Origin: an uncultured Methanosarcinales archaeon
Lineage (GTDB): Archaea; Halobacteriota; Methanosarcinia; Methanotrichales; Methanotrichaceae
Direction of reading: 5' to 3'
NCBI GenBank assembly: GCA_963843555.1
Contig: CAWJKV010000010.1
Span: 80,201-144,200 of the forward strand
Length of the DNA stretch: 64,000 nucleotides
A model generated the notes under the pieces. That model ran no database searches and had not been told where the DNA came from. It saw nothing but the letters and a program-made list of their open reading frames with translations. Within the stretch, counting starts at the first letter, position 1, and the number at the start of each line of letters is the position of its first letter. Both the position numbers and the translations under genes were made by a program. Shown here one piece after another: positions 51,834-61,890 of the stretch.

Positions 51834-51872
51834 TTCTCTTCTATCACCCACTCGATAAAGCGAGGAACCCGT

Positions 51873-53046
51873 TTAGCCCAGCGCATATCCCAGCAAACGG
51901 GCCAGCTTTATGGCATCCCAGTCCAAATGGCGAAGCATCCTGGCCATGAGATGACTGGGCCGGTCGATATCTCCATGCTCTTCTATAGTTTTTATGAGCC
52001 GGGGTTTACTTGCCAGATAGCCGACGACCTCATCCAGCTCGGCAGCGCTCATTTTATTCAGCATGCGGTTGACTCTCATGCCGATCTCCAGCTCCCGGCC
52101 TAATTTGGCCCGCCAGAGCCGGTCGTACTCCTGCAGCCGCTCTGCGCTTCTGTCGCCTTCCATTGCGGCGGCTGCCGCAACGCCGCCCGCGATCTTGGCA
52201 GCGACCAGGCCTGGATAGATGCCGCCTCCGGAGGTGGGCTTGACCTGCGCTGCTGCGTCCCCTACGGCCAAGAGGCCCGCGACGGCCGTATTGGCAGCCG
52301 GGCCAAGGGGCAGACCGCCCACGTTCATGGTCGTTGCGGATCCACGGATTCTTTTTTTTATCCGATCCGAATTCAAGAAAGCCCGCAGATGATCGCATCC
52401 CCGATCGCGCGCGCATAGACCTATTCGGGCCGTCTCCTCGCCGGTGGGAACGACCCAGGCGAAGAGCCCCGGTGCCGGTCCCAGGTGTACCTCCACCGAT
52501 TCAGGATCCTCCACAGCAAAAGGAAGCTCCACCTGCGCCCCAGAGAGGACTATCTCGGGCGGCATAATGCCCAATTGACGGGCCAGCCTGGCCCTGACCC
52601 CCTCTGCCGAGATGACAATCGATGGCCCGGATCTCCTCACCACCGGCCAGGCTGAGAGTGCATAGGCCCTCATCCCACCTCATCTTGCGAACATATGAGC
52701 GGAGTCGAAGCTCTGCTCCCTTCCGCAACGCCTCTCTGGCCAGAGCTCTGTCAAAGAGCCTTCTGTCCACGACCCAGGCCTTGCAGGATCTGGCTTTGAA
52801 GTTCAGGCGCGAGCCGCCCGGAGAAAAGATCGCGGCACCAGACATGCCTAGTTGGATGAAGGATTCTCCTGCCAGCTCCGACTCGGCTATAGCCCCTGCT
52901 CCCAGGAGGCCGGCGCACTCCACCGGCCAACCTACCGCGGCATGCTCTTCCAGCAGAATCACTCGCGCGCCGGCTTTGGCAGCATATTTGGCGGCCATGG
53001 AGCCAGCCGGCCCCGCACCGATGACGGCTACATCAAAATGATCCAT
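51873..53046 (-). CDS. Geranylgeranyl reductase family protein, apparent frameshift at ~52625
   Basis: VIGAGPAGS, PVECAG, DRRLFDR, FAWVVP and VGDAAAQVKPTSGGGI. Confidence 0.9.
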
Positions 53047-53142
53047 ATTCGGAGAAAGTGAATGGCGACGATATTGTTAGCTTTTTTCTAGAGCCTCGGG
53101 TCTTTAGCCCATACCATATCTTTCCGCGGAACGGACAGGAAT

Positions 53143-53508
53143 TCACGGGAAGCATCTCTCAAGGTATGCCGCCAGATCCTCTACGGTCTCAATCTTCTCA
53201 TCAACAGGAAGACCATCCGAGATGCGTTCGTATACTACATCCCAGGTGGTATATGCCCGGAGCCTCAGGACCGGCTCGCCCTTAGGCGTTGTGGCAATAT
53301 CGGTCTCGAAGCGTTTCCACTGACCACCTTCCCGCTCGACCTCGAAGTTGGTGCAGGCTGCACAGGTGCCGCCATAAAAGCCAGCCTCCTCGACATCGAT
53401 AAACAGCCTTATCCAGGAGATGCACTTTTGGTAGCGATAGACTCCCTCTTCGATGCATTCGGGACCGTCCCATCCGGCCAGTGGTGGTATTTCAGAGTTC
53501 GTGCTCAT
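53143..53508 (-). CDS. Hypothetical protein
   Basis: 121-aa acidic ORF with CAAC; no family recognised. Confidence 0.6.
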   Translation of the reverse strand: MSTNSEIPPLAGWDGPECIEEGVYRYQKCISWIRLFIDVEEAGFYGGTCAACTNFEVEREGGQWKRFETDIATTPKGEPVLRLRAYTTWDVVYERISDGLPVDEKIETVEDLAAYLERCFP

Positions 53509-53521
53509 AATCTATCCATTC

Positions 53522-53686
53522 TTAGAGATTCGCAAGATGTTCTATGAAATCATCGGTATTCTTGAAGCGTTTTCCAAGACCTGCCTTAAGCTCGGCCTCG
53601 CCTCTCCGAATATTGGCGACGATTCGCGTATCATCTTCAATCGCTTTTTTGCTTGCAGTGGGTTTATGGATGATCTCTGTCTCCAT
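53522..53686 (-). CDS. Small protein, 54 aa, antitoxin-like (absent from the ORF track)
   Basis: METEIIHKPTASKKAIEDDTRIVANIRRGEAELKAGLGKRFKNTDDFIEHLANL*, with AGGAG RBS. Confidence 0.6.
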   Translation of the reverse strand: METEIIHKPTASKKAIEDDTRIVANIRRGEAELKAGLGKRFKNTDDFIEHLANL

Positions 53687-53831
53687 TCACATCTCCTGAA
53701 CAAAACAAGCCCTCAAATGATTAAAACGCTTTTCCTGACTCTTGCTGCAGCCGGTTTGCATCAAAGAAGCTGAAAAAGGTTCTGGGCAATTTGTGCAAAA
53801 GCATTTGTAGATTCCGCACCAATAATTGTTC

Positions 53832-54680
53832 ATGCCCGAGGTCGTGCAGCTAACTGAAGAGAAGGCAGCAAAGACGGAGGAGGGTGCGTCTGGTGAGGAT
53901 TCGACGCCATCCGTTCCTCCCAGAACCATCTGGTCCGGCAACCTGCGCATCGGTCTCGTGAACATCCCGGTGAAAGCATTGTCCATGATCAGAAATACGC
54001 GTATCAGTTTTCGAATGCTTCACCGGAGCTGCAAGACGCCCATCTCCTTCAAGCGCATCTGCCAGGAAGGAGACGAAGTCCCCCTCGCGGACACAGTTTA
54101 CGGCTATCCTCTGGGCAAGGGCAAGTACGTAATCCTGGAAAAGAAGGAGATCGATAGCATGAAGCCCGAATCGAAGAACACAATAGCCCTCGATCGTTTT
54201 GTGAACTTCTTTGAGGTCGATCCCCATTATTTTGAGAAGACCTATCTTTTGCTGCCCGATAGATCAGAGGATGCATATTCCCTCTTAAGAAGCGTTATGG
54301 AGAAGACGGGAAAAGCCGCTATCGGCAAGATCACAATGCACTCGCACGAGAATCCGGTCATGGTCCACTACTACCGCCGGGCAATCGTCGCCACTATCAT
54401 GAGGTATCCCGATGAAGTCCTGGATTCGGAGGGCTATGCAGTTCTAAAAGAGCTTCCGGTGCCGAAGGAAAACGAGCTGCAACTGGCCATGGAGATTGTA
54501 AAAGGCCTGAGCGGAGACCTTGATTTTGATACCTACAAGGACGAATACCGGAAGCGAATCGAGGCCCTGGTCAAGTCCAAGATGGAAGGAGTAGTCATGG
54601 TCCCGGAAGCGAAAAAGCACCAGCCCGCTGCCAAGAGCCTCATGGAGGCCTTGAGGATGACTGCAGAGTCGTTGAAATGA
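53832..54680 (+). CDS. ku: Prokaryotic-type Ku protein
   Basis: RTIWSGNLRIGLVNIPVK, ISFRMLH, YFEKTYLLLP, AYSLLR..M, YKDEYR..I and LMEALRMT. Confidence 0.95.
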   Translation: MPEVVQLTEEKAAKTEEGASGEDSTPSVPPRTIWSGNLRIGLVNIPVKALSMIRNTRISFRMLHRSCKTPISFKRICQEGDEVPLADTVYGYPLGKGKYVILEKKEIDSMKPESKNTIALDRFVNFFEVDPHYFEKTYLLLPDRSEDAYSLLRSVMEKTGKAAIGKITMHSHENPVMVHYYRRAIVATIMRYPDEVLDSEGYAVLKELPVPKENELQLAMEIVKGLSGDLDFDTYKDEYRKRIEALVKSKMEGVVMVPEAKKHQPAAKSLMEALRMTAESLK

Positions 54681-54708
54681 TCGCGACAATTTGCCAAGGT
54701 TAACTGAA

Positions 54709-55644
54709 ATGGATCCTGCAAAGCCCATGCTGGCTGTTTCCGGTCAGCCCTTCAACAAAGAAGGCTGGATCTTTGAGCCCAAGATCGATGGAACGCGCTG
54801 CCTCACAACTGTCTCAAAGGAAGTGCGCATGCAGAACCGCAGACTCGTGGATATCACTTATCGCTATCCTGAAGTGGCCGGGGCCCTGGCCCTGACGGCC
54901 CGGGAATGCGTTCTGGATGGAGAGATCACCGTCTTCGTGAAAGGCCGGCCAAGCTTTCGAGCTCTTGCCGAGCGAGACCATCAGAGTGAGAAAATGAAGA
55001 TAGATTATCTCTCCCATGCCATGCCGGTAAGCTACGTTGTCTTTGACATCCTCTATGCGAAGGGGAAAAGCGTGATGGACCTGCCTCTTCGCGAAAGAAA
55101 GAAAATTTTGCATGAAGAGCTGGAGGAGAGCGAGATCGTAAGCATTGCGGATTCATTTCCCGAAAGAGGCGAGGATTACTTTCAGGCTGCCTTGAAAGCA
55201 GGAATAGAAGGAGTTGTTGCCAAGCGACTTGACTCCCAGTATTTGCCGGGAATAAGAAGCCAGGACTGGATAAAGATCAAAAAAAGCCTCAAACTGGACC
55301 TGGTCGTGGGAGGCTATATTCCAGGAAATGGAGATCGCGAACCGTATTTCGGCGGCCTGCTCATAGGAGCATACCGTCACGGTCAACTGGTCTATATAGG
55401 ACGGGTTGGATCCGGCTTTTCTGAAGAAGAGCTAAAGGAGATTACAAGTCACTTTTTGCCAAGAATTCAGTCTCCATTCTCCAATCCACCGCCGACGCCT
55501 GATGTGATTTGGATCGAGCCGAATCTGGTGGTGCAGGTAACTGCCCTGGAGGTCACGCACGATGGTAGTCTCCGGGCGCCGGTCTTCTTGCGCACCAGGG
55601 ATGACAAAGACCCGCAAGAGTGCACAATAGACCAGCTCGAATAA
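54709..55644 (+). CDS. ATP-dependent DNA ligase, stand-alone LigD-ligase/LigC type
   Basis: PMLA, motif I EPKIDGTR, LDGEI, FDIL, EGVVAKR..S.Y.PG.RS..WIKIK, YIGRVGSG and LRAPVF...R.DK. Confidence 0.93.
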   Translation: MDPAKPMLAVSGQPFNKEGWIFEPKIDGTRCLTTVSKEVRMQNRRLVDITYRYPEVAGALALTARECVLDGEITVFVKGRPSFRALAERDHQSEKMKIDYLSHAMPVSYVVFDILYAKGKSVMDLPLRERKKILHEELEESEIVSIADSFPERGEDYFQAALKAGIEGVVAKRLDSQYLPGIRSQDWIKIKKSLKLDLVVGGYIPGNGDREPYFGGLLIGAYRHGQLVYIGRVGSGFSEEELKEITSHFLPRIQSPFSNPPPTPDVIWIEPNLVVQVTALEVTHDGSLRAPVFLRTRDDKDPQECTIDQLE

Positions 55645-55799
55645 ATCCCTTTAGGCAGAATTCCTGAACACAAATCTGCGACGCGTTCTCACTGATTCGA
55701 ATCATTGTTCCTGATGATTGAGTAATTACAATCTGTCCATATTTTCGGTCAGATTTGTTCATAATCGTCTATATGATTGCTGAAATCCAATAAGGGTTT

Positions 55800-56087
55800 A
55801 TGATGAGATCCATGACGAAATATCTGGCAATAATCATACTGGCATGCATGATGACTGCAATACCGACCGCGGCCTCCGCCGAAAGCGATGACCTCGACGG
55901 CCTGAGAAACCTCGTAACGTCCTTTGAAGACACCCGGTTAACCTCCACGGATCTGGCCTACTTCCTCGCCACTCACAACTACGACGCAGTCCCAAGAGGA
56001 GATCATGTGGATCTGTTCCTGGAGGGAACGCTCTACAGGCTTGTTCCCAATGGCAACGCCCCGGGTCTATGCGATATAGTGATTTAG
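55800..56087 (+). CDS. Small secreted hypothetical protein
   Basis: Signal peptide; DLAYFLATHNYDA and PNG..PGLC. Confidence 0.7.
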   Translation: MMRSMTKYLAIIILACMMTAIPTAASAESDDLDGLRNLVTSFEDTRLTSTDLAYFLATHNYDAVPRGDHVDLFLEGTLYRLVPNGNAPGLCDIVI

Positions 56088-56323
56088 AGCCAGTTTCGAT
56101 CTCGAACTCGGATGATGTTTCGTCAAAGTGTCAAAGTCCATGACAAAATAATAAACAAACCGGATCTCGATCCAATCCCACTATTCTGGGCCTCTTTGCA
56201 GAGGCATTTTGACTCACGCCCATCCTCAATTGGCTGCCGATAATAAGCTTGGGGATGGGAATGATACCGTTTCGTTTCCGGCCCGAAACTTCTACCAAAA
56301 TGACTGAGGGTGAATGTATAAAT

Positions 56324-56731
56324 CTACGCCATCACCTGCTCCTTCAGGATGTATCGGATCAGGTCTTCTGAGAGCTTGGTCTCTCTCTGCAATTTCTTCA
56401 CAGTCTCCTCGATGCTGTTGCCTTCGGACATGAGGCTGGATATCCGGTTCACAATCTTTTCGCCTATGGCATAGTACTCATCGATGTCCTTGCGGTGGCC
56501 CCAGACATCTCCTCTCAAGAGCTGTACACCCTGTATTTCCAGGAACTGTTGAGCGGCCTTGGACATGGTTTCATGGTATGAAGGCGGGATCTGCACAGCC
56601 CGCAGACGGGGACAGGACTGTACCAGGTTCATCATATCCATGTTAGAGGCTCTGAATGCCAGATGAACCAGCTGCTCATTCCTATTCAGATCAATAATCT
56701 CTTTCTTCGAACTAACTACCCTCAGCTTCAT
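56324..56731 (-). CDS. DUF1699 family protein
   Basis: MKLRVVSSKKEI, VHLAFRASN, CPRL and GDVWGHRKDIDEYY. Confidence 0.9.
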   Translation of the reverse strand: MKLRVVSSKKEIIDLNRNEQLVHLAFRASNMDMMNLVQSCPRLRAVQIPPSYHETMSKAAQQFLEIQGVQLLRGDVWGHRKDIDEYYAIGEKIVNRISSLMSEGNSIEETVKKLQRETKLSEDLIRYILKEQVMA

Positions 56732-56966
56732 GAAACTTACTAATGCTCTTAAAATATTTATAGATAATGGTAATCATAGTACTCCTTAATTAGATATACT
56801 GATATAAGAAACTGATTTGATAGAATATTTATGTATCGGAGCTACCTGCCAGAAATATTTTCAGAATTATGTTAAAGAGTTGAGCTCGTTTTTATGATAC
56901 ACAAATTTTTATATTTAAAAAGCTACCTTTTGCTGGGTTAGCGATAGTACAGTCAATTGCGGTTCA

Positions 56967-57956
56967 TTATGGTTCACTCAAGGAGAAGGATCTTACCGCA
57001 GCTGCACAGTTCGCCAGGATTTTGCCTGCCAGTTCCTGGCTTGGCCAGGACCCCAGGCCGCAGTCGGGACCCGTCGCGCGGAGCCGATCTCCAAATTGGG
57101 CATAGGCTTTCTCCAGCCTCTTCTTCATAACCTGGGGTGATTCCATGTCCAGGATCTCCTTCTCCAGCCGAACCACATCATCCCAGAGATTGATGCCGTA
57201 TTTCTCATTCAAACGGGCAGACATAGAGAGAATATCAGTGCGGGCGATGCCAGCCCGCAGATAAGTGTCCGTCTCTTCCAGAACCTTCCTGTCGATCAGC
57301 TTCAGATAGTCGGGATGGGCCGCAGACTCAACACCTAAGATACTGATGCCGGGAACGCGGGCACAGGTCTCAGCATAAAGGGGCGAGTGCAAATGAACCT
57401 CACAGTCCATACCAAGGCATGGAGAACTGGCAATCTCCAGTGCCCGAAAGATCTCATCCTCAGAGAAGACAATGTTGGAGCTCATCCCAAGGCTCGGCTC
57501 GTCTATTGACGCCACAGTCATCTTTCTCTCGCCCTTAGCCCCGGCGAGGAACCTGGCCACACTCTCCGCCAGAGTGTAGAGAATATCAGGGTAATGCGTA
57601 GCCCCAAAGGCAGATATATAAAGCTCGATGGGTCCGGTGACACAGACGCGCACGCTCTGGCCCGGAGGCATCGCCTGCAGTTCCATTATCCTGGCATGCT
57701 CTCTCTTTATCAGATAGGGGCTCTCCGAGAGATCCGGGTTTTCGATGGGATCCAAGAACATGCGAATCATATCCCGGAACTGAGGATAAGTGGGAACCTC
57801 CACTCCGGCCAGCAATTTTTGATCCAAAACATCGCGCACAAGCTGCAGATACTGATCGTGAGATAGATTTTCCAGCCGGACACCTTTAGGCAGGGGAAAG
57901 CTGCCGATGTCATCGAAGAAGATGCCCTTCAATTGCCGCGACATCCTGGCCACCAC
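56967..57956 (-). CDS. Core (single-domain) MetE-like methionine synthase
   Basis: DDIGSFPLP, YPQFRDM, CVTGP.EL, SIDEPSLG, HLH and GPDCGLG; overlaps the thrC stop. Confidence 0.85.
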   Translation of the reverse strand: MVARMSRQLKGIFFDDIGSFPLPKGVRLENLSHDQYLQLVRDVLDQKLLAGVEVPTYPQFRDMIRMFLDPIENPDLSESPYLIKREHARIMELQAMPPGQSVRVCVTGPIELYISAFGATHYPDILYTLAESVARFLAGAKGERKMTVASIDEPSLGMSSNIVFSEDEIFRALEIASSPCLGMDCEVHLHSPLYAETCARVPGISILGVESAAHPDYLKLIDRKVLEETDTYLRAGIARTDILSMSARLNEKYGINLWDDVVRLEKEILDMESPQVMKKRLEKAYAQFGDRLRATGPDCGLGSWPSQELAGKILANCAAAVRSFSLSEP

Positions 57957-59305
57957 TAAAAGAAGCGTCCCAGGTAATTCTTCAGAGAAGCATAATTTCC
58001 GTTCATCTTCTCGAAGTGCTCCTCCAGCTCATCCAGCCGGGCCATGGCCTGCGGCAAAGGCGGATTTATGCCCGTGAGTCTCACGATCTCCTCCGGGAAC
58101 TTGGCCGGGTCGGCCGTCTCCAGGGAGACGCATGGACTCCAGTCCCCGCACTCTTTCAGATACTTCATGAGCCCTGCCCATCCTACTGCCCCGTGAGGCT
58201 CCAGAAGGACTTCATATCGATTGTAGGCTTCTTTTATAGCCTTACGGGTCTCTTCATCCGTGATAGAAACGGCATAAAGATCCTTACGCATAGCTGTGAG
58301 GTCCGGTTGCTTGGAAACCAGACCCATCTCGTCCATCCTACCGCCATAAAGATAGAAGAGCCTTGCCAGGTTGCTGGGGTGGCCGACGTTCATGGCATTG
58401 GAGATGCAATTCTTGCTGGGCCGGATAGGCGAGTAGACCCCGGTCTGCATAAAGCCTGGAAATTCGTCATTCGCGTTGGTCGCCACCACAAACTTGTGCA
58501 CGGAAAGGCCCATATTCAAGGCAATGAGCCCGCCCATGAGGTCGCCGAAGTTGCCGCTGGGCACGGAGAAGACGACCTCTTCCCCGTGCAGAGCCACGCG
58601 AGAGGAAGCGTAGAAGTAGTAAACCGCCTGGGGCAGCAGTCTGCCGATATTTATGGAATTGGCTGAGGAGAGGTTGAGCCCCTGCAATTCGGAATCGGCA
58701 AACGCCTGCTTGACCAGAGCCTGGCAGTCATCGAACTTGCCATCTATTGCCTGCGGGAAGATATTCTTTCCCAATGTGGTCATCTGACGGCGCTGCCTGA
58801 CTGTCACCTCCTTCTCAGGAAATAGTACGACAACTTTAATGTTCTCCAGGCCAAAGAAAGCACGAGCTACAGCAGAGCCGGTATCTCCCGAGGTGGCGGT
58901 GAGGATGATGATGCTCTTGCCGTCCTCCTTCAGGAAGTATTGTATCATCCGGCCCATGAGCCGGGCGGCAAAGTCCTTGAAGGAACATGTGGGGCCGCGA
59001 TCCAGCCGCAGCAGATACTTTTCGTCGTAGACGCGCTCCAGTGGAACCTCGTAATCATAGGCGTCCTGCAGCATATCTCTCAGAGCGCTGTCCGCAATCA
59101 GATCGCCCAAATAAGGCTTGACGACTTCATAAGCGATCTGTGGATAGCTCATCCTGGGAAATTCCTCGATAGTAGTCCCGGGAATCAAGGGAATCTGCTC
59201 GGGCATAAAGAGCCCCTTGTCCGGGGCCTGGCCCATCAGGAGAGCTTGCCGAAAGTCCACACGCTCGGGGTGGCCGTTGGTGCTGAAGAACTTGATAGGA
59301 GACAT
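57956..59305 (-). CDS. thrC: Threonine synthase (long type)
   Basis: GQAPDKGLFMP, GPTCSFKDF, ATSGDTG, SANSINIGRL and VPSGNFG. Confidence 0.96.
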   Translation of the reverse strand: MSPIKFFSTNGHPERVDFRQALLMGQAPDKGLFMPEQIPLIPGTTIEEFPRMSYPQIAYEVVKPYLGDLIADSALRDMLQDAYDYEVPLERVYDEKYLLRLDRGPTCSFKDFAARLMGRMIQYFLKEDGKSIIILTATSGDTGSAVARAFFGLENIKVVVLFPEKEVTVRQRRQMTTLGKNIFPQAIDGKFDDCQALVKQAFADSELQGLNLSSANSINIGRLLPQAVYYFYASSRVALHGEEVVFSVPSGNFGDLMGGLIALNMGLSVHKFVVATNANDEFPGFMQTGVYSPIRPSKNCISNAMNVGHPSNLARLFYLYGGRMDEMGLVSKQPDLTAMRKDLYAVSITDEETRKAIKEAYNRYEVLLEPHGAVGWAGLMKYLKECGDWSPCVSLETADPAKFPEEIVRLTGINPPLPQAMARLDELEEHFEKMNGNYASLKNYLGRFF

Positions 59306-59360
59306 GATCCAATGAAATTAGGCGTAATTGATCTTTAAGCCTTTGCCAACAAAAAAATTA

Positions 59361-60227
59361 TTAAGTGGCAGTCTTCTCGCAGTGATCCACCAGGGCCCAC
59401 AGGATGTCGGTGTCTTTTAGAATCCCCATCAGCTTCTGACTGGATGTGACCACAGGCATCTGGTCTATTCGGTTCTTGCGCATAATGGCCGCGCAAACGC
59501 TTACCGCATCATTTTTAAAAGCCGTTTTGGGCGGAACCATCACCTCACGAACAGGAATATTGCGAAGACTGATCCGAGAAACGGTGTAATACCTGCTGAT
59601 GGTCTTCATCACCCGGTCCCACATCCAGGTGTCCTCTCCATCATCAGCAGACATATCTGTCTTCTCTACAGATTCCTCGATCACACTGGATTTGATGAGG
59701 TCCCGGTCTGAGATTATGCCTACCAGCTTGAGGTCAGTATCTATGACAGGACATGCTTGCACGGCTGCATACTCCATAATCGATCCGGCTACGGGCAAAG
59801 GCATCTCGCTCCAGAGCACCACTGTCTCCTTTTCCAGGTATGGCTCGATGCTCTCGGTTATATTCATCTCCTCTGCTACACGTATGATATCGGCGACAGT
59901 AAGTATTCCCACCAGCTCTTTATCTTCCACCACAGGAAGGCGTCTTATGCCGTGCTGAATGAGCAGTTCGGAGGCCTCAACTATGCTCTTCTCCGGGCTT
60001 ATCACAACCGGATCTCGTGTCATGAGCAGAGCTGTCTGGTCTTCCTCGCGATTGCGGAGGAGGTCGGTCCTGGTAATCATTCCCACTACCTCTCCTTTCT
60101 TCACCACGGGAAGTCCGGACACCTTCCGGTCCTGCAGCGTCTTCAGAACATCGTCCCGGTTGCCAGGGATGGCGACATAGGCCACACTCCTGACCATCAC
60201 GTCCCTGACCAGAATGCTCAAGATCAT
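59361..60227 (-). CDS. Four-CBS-domain protein
   Basis: Repeated VRDVM / SGLPVV / RRLPVV / DQMPVV with G(I/M)(I/L)(T/S/K)xxD. Confidence 0.9.
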   Translation of the reverse strand: MILSILVRDVMVRSVAYVAIPGNRDDVLKTLQDRKVSGLPVVKKGEVVGMITRTDLLRNREEDQTALLMTRDPVVISPEKSIVEASELLIQHGIRRLPVVEDKELVGILTVADIIRVAEEMNITESIEPYLEKETVVLWSEMPLPVAGSIMEYAAVQACPVIDTDLKLVGIISDRDLIKSSVIEESVEKTDMSADDGEDTWMWDRVMKTISRYYTVSRISLRNIPVREVMVPPKTAFKNDAVSVCAAIMRKNRIDQMPVVTSSQKLMGILKDTDILWALVDHCEKTAT

Positions 60228-60664
60228 TCCCTCGGAACCGCCGGAACCGTCAAGACAGGAATCCCGGAGCTGCGAACCACTTTCTCTGCCACACTTCCCA
60301 GGAGGAACTTATCGACACCGGTACGACCCACAGCGCCAACAATTATTAGATCCATGCCTGCCTTTTTCGCTTGGTTGATGATCTCAGAGCTGGGGTGGCC
60401 CTCAATCACAATGCTCTCGAAGGCCACACCCTTTTCTTCGGCCAGCTTCTCCACATCTTCTACGGCTTCCTTTCCTTCTTTGAGGAGAAGCTCTCGCATG
60501 CTGAAGAGAAGCATGTCATCCGGCAGATGGGCCGTCCTTTCCGTGTCTGCCACATAGAGGGCAGTTACCTTTCCACCCGATATTTTGCCCAGCTCCAGGG
60601 CCACCTTGGCAGCTCTCAATCCGTGCTCTGACCCGTCGGTTGCAACCAGAATCTTCTCAAACAT
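60224..60664 (-). CDS. Universal stress protein
   Basis: KILVATDGS, GHP..EII and LLGSVAEKVVR. Confidence 0.95.
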   Translation of the reverse strand: MFEKILVATDGSEHGLRAAKVALELGKISGGKVTALYVADTERTAHLPDDMLLFSMRELLLKEGKEAVEDVEKLAEEKGVAFESIVIEGHPSSEIINQAKKAGMDLIIVGAVGRTGVDKFLLGSVAEKVVRSSGIPVLTVPAVPRE

Positions 60665-60692
60665 GATTTACCTCTAAATACCTTAAATACCA

Positions 60693-61751
60693 CTAAAAGA
60701 TAGCTAATATGTCAGATGGCCCGGCTCTGCGCACAATGCTGGCCAACGGATTTCTCGATCCCCACAGATTGTTCGAGTTCCTGTTTATGACCATCACTCT
60801 AGCCTCTTTCCCTTCCCGGATCGATCCGAGCCTCTGATCGAGTCCCATTATTTTTGCACCATTTAGCGTGCACATCTTAAATACCTGTCTATCGTCATGC
60901 AGCAGGGCCTTGGCGAGGAAGTGCATCTCCTCGAATATATCAGGCGAGTTGAGCATGATGTTGTCCGTTCCCACCCCTACTGTTATGCCGAGCTCCACCA
61001 TCTTTTTCACATTAGGCAGACCCACGCCGGTCACCAGATTGGATCTGGGACAGACCACCACAGGAATGTTGGCGCGAGCCACATCTCTCAAATCTGAATC
61101 GTCTGCCCGGCTCATATGCACCAGGAAGTCGGGCTCCAGGGCGATGGAGTCGCCTATATCATCTCGAGCGGCCTCTCCGGCGTGGACGGCCAGCGCCTGA
61201 CAGACTTTGCGAGCCGCAGCCGCAATAGTCTTGATATGTTCGAGATCGTGATCTCTGATGCTGCTTATCCCCAGGCCCCAGCAGCTTTCCGGAGCATTCG
61301 TCTCGCCCTCACAGGGCCGGCCGAAGATGCGCATGAGAAGCGGCAAATCCTGAGCCGCCTCCATAAGCCTCCTCAGGCCCTCCTCACCACCTTCCCGAAA
61401 GTCGGCAAAGGCATAGATGCCTGAGTCCGCCATCTGCATCAGGCTCCGCCTCATGCCCTCCACGATAAGCTCGCGCGGTGTCTCCTCCAGCAGGCGCCCT
61501 TTTAACCCACCCGGGCCGACCAAATCGGAGAGAGGCAAGAAGGGCGGATCCTTGAAAGCAGAGTCGCCCACATGGACGTGAGAATTGACGAAACGGGGGC
61601 AGATTATGCCCTCAAGATCAGCATCGACGTGTTCCGGCCCAAACTCCTTTATAAATCCGTCCTGAATGCTGATGTACCCATCCTGCGGCTCGAAATCATC
61701 ACCATAGATTATGGTTCCCTGGAGCAGGATCTCGCGCGATTGGGGCATCAC
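60693..61751 (-). CDS. Amidohydrolase (metal-dependent deaminase family)
   Basis: VNSHVHVGD, HAGE, LVHM, CPRSN, GTDN and TLNGA. Confidence 0.9.
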   Translation of the reverse strand: MMPQSREILLQGTIIYGDDFEPQDGYISIQDGFIKEFGPEHVDADLEGIICPRFVNSHVHVGDSAFKDPPFLPLSDLVGPGGLKGRLLEETPRELIVEGMRRSLMQMADSGIYAFADFREGGEEGLRRLMEAAQDLPLLMRIFGRPCEGETNAPESCWGLGISSIRDHDLEHIKTIAAAARKVCQALAVHAGEAARDDIGDSIALEPDFLVHMSRADDSDLRDVARANIPVVVCPRSNLVTGVGLPNVKKMVELGITVGVGTDNIMLNSPDIFEEMHFLAKALLHDDRQVFKMCTLNGAKIMGLDQRLGSIREGKEARVMVINRNSNNLWGSRNPLASIVRRAGPSDILAIF

Positions 61752-61890
61752 TCCCCGTTGGGCAGGTAAGCTATTTAGCTTCTCTTGGGCATACTTCGGG
61801 CATCTGATGAAAGACGCAGGCTGCAGACTGCAGACTGCCGACTTTCAAACTATTTGCGATACAGACCAAGACCATAGGCGGTGCAGACTA

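Noticed and set aside
61816..61843. Four degenerate GCAGACT heptamers upstream of arfC
   Set aside because: Too short and degenerate to support a function.
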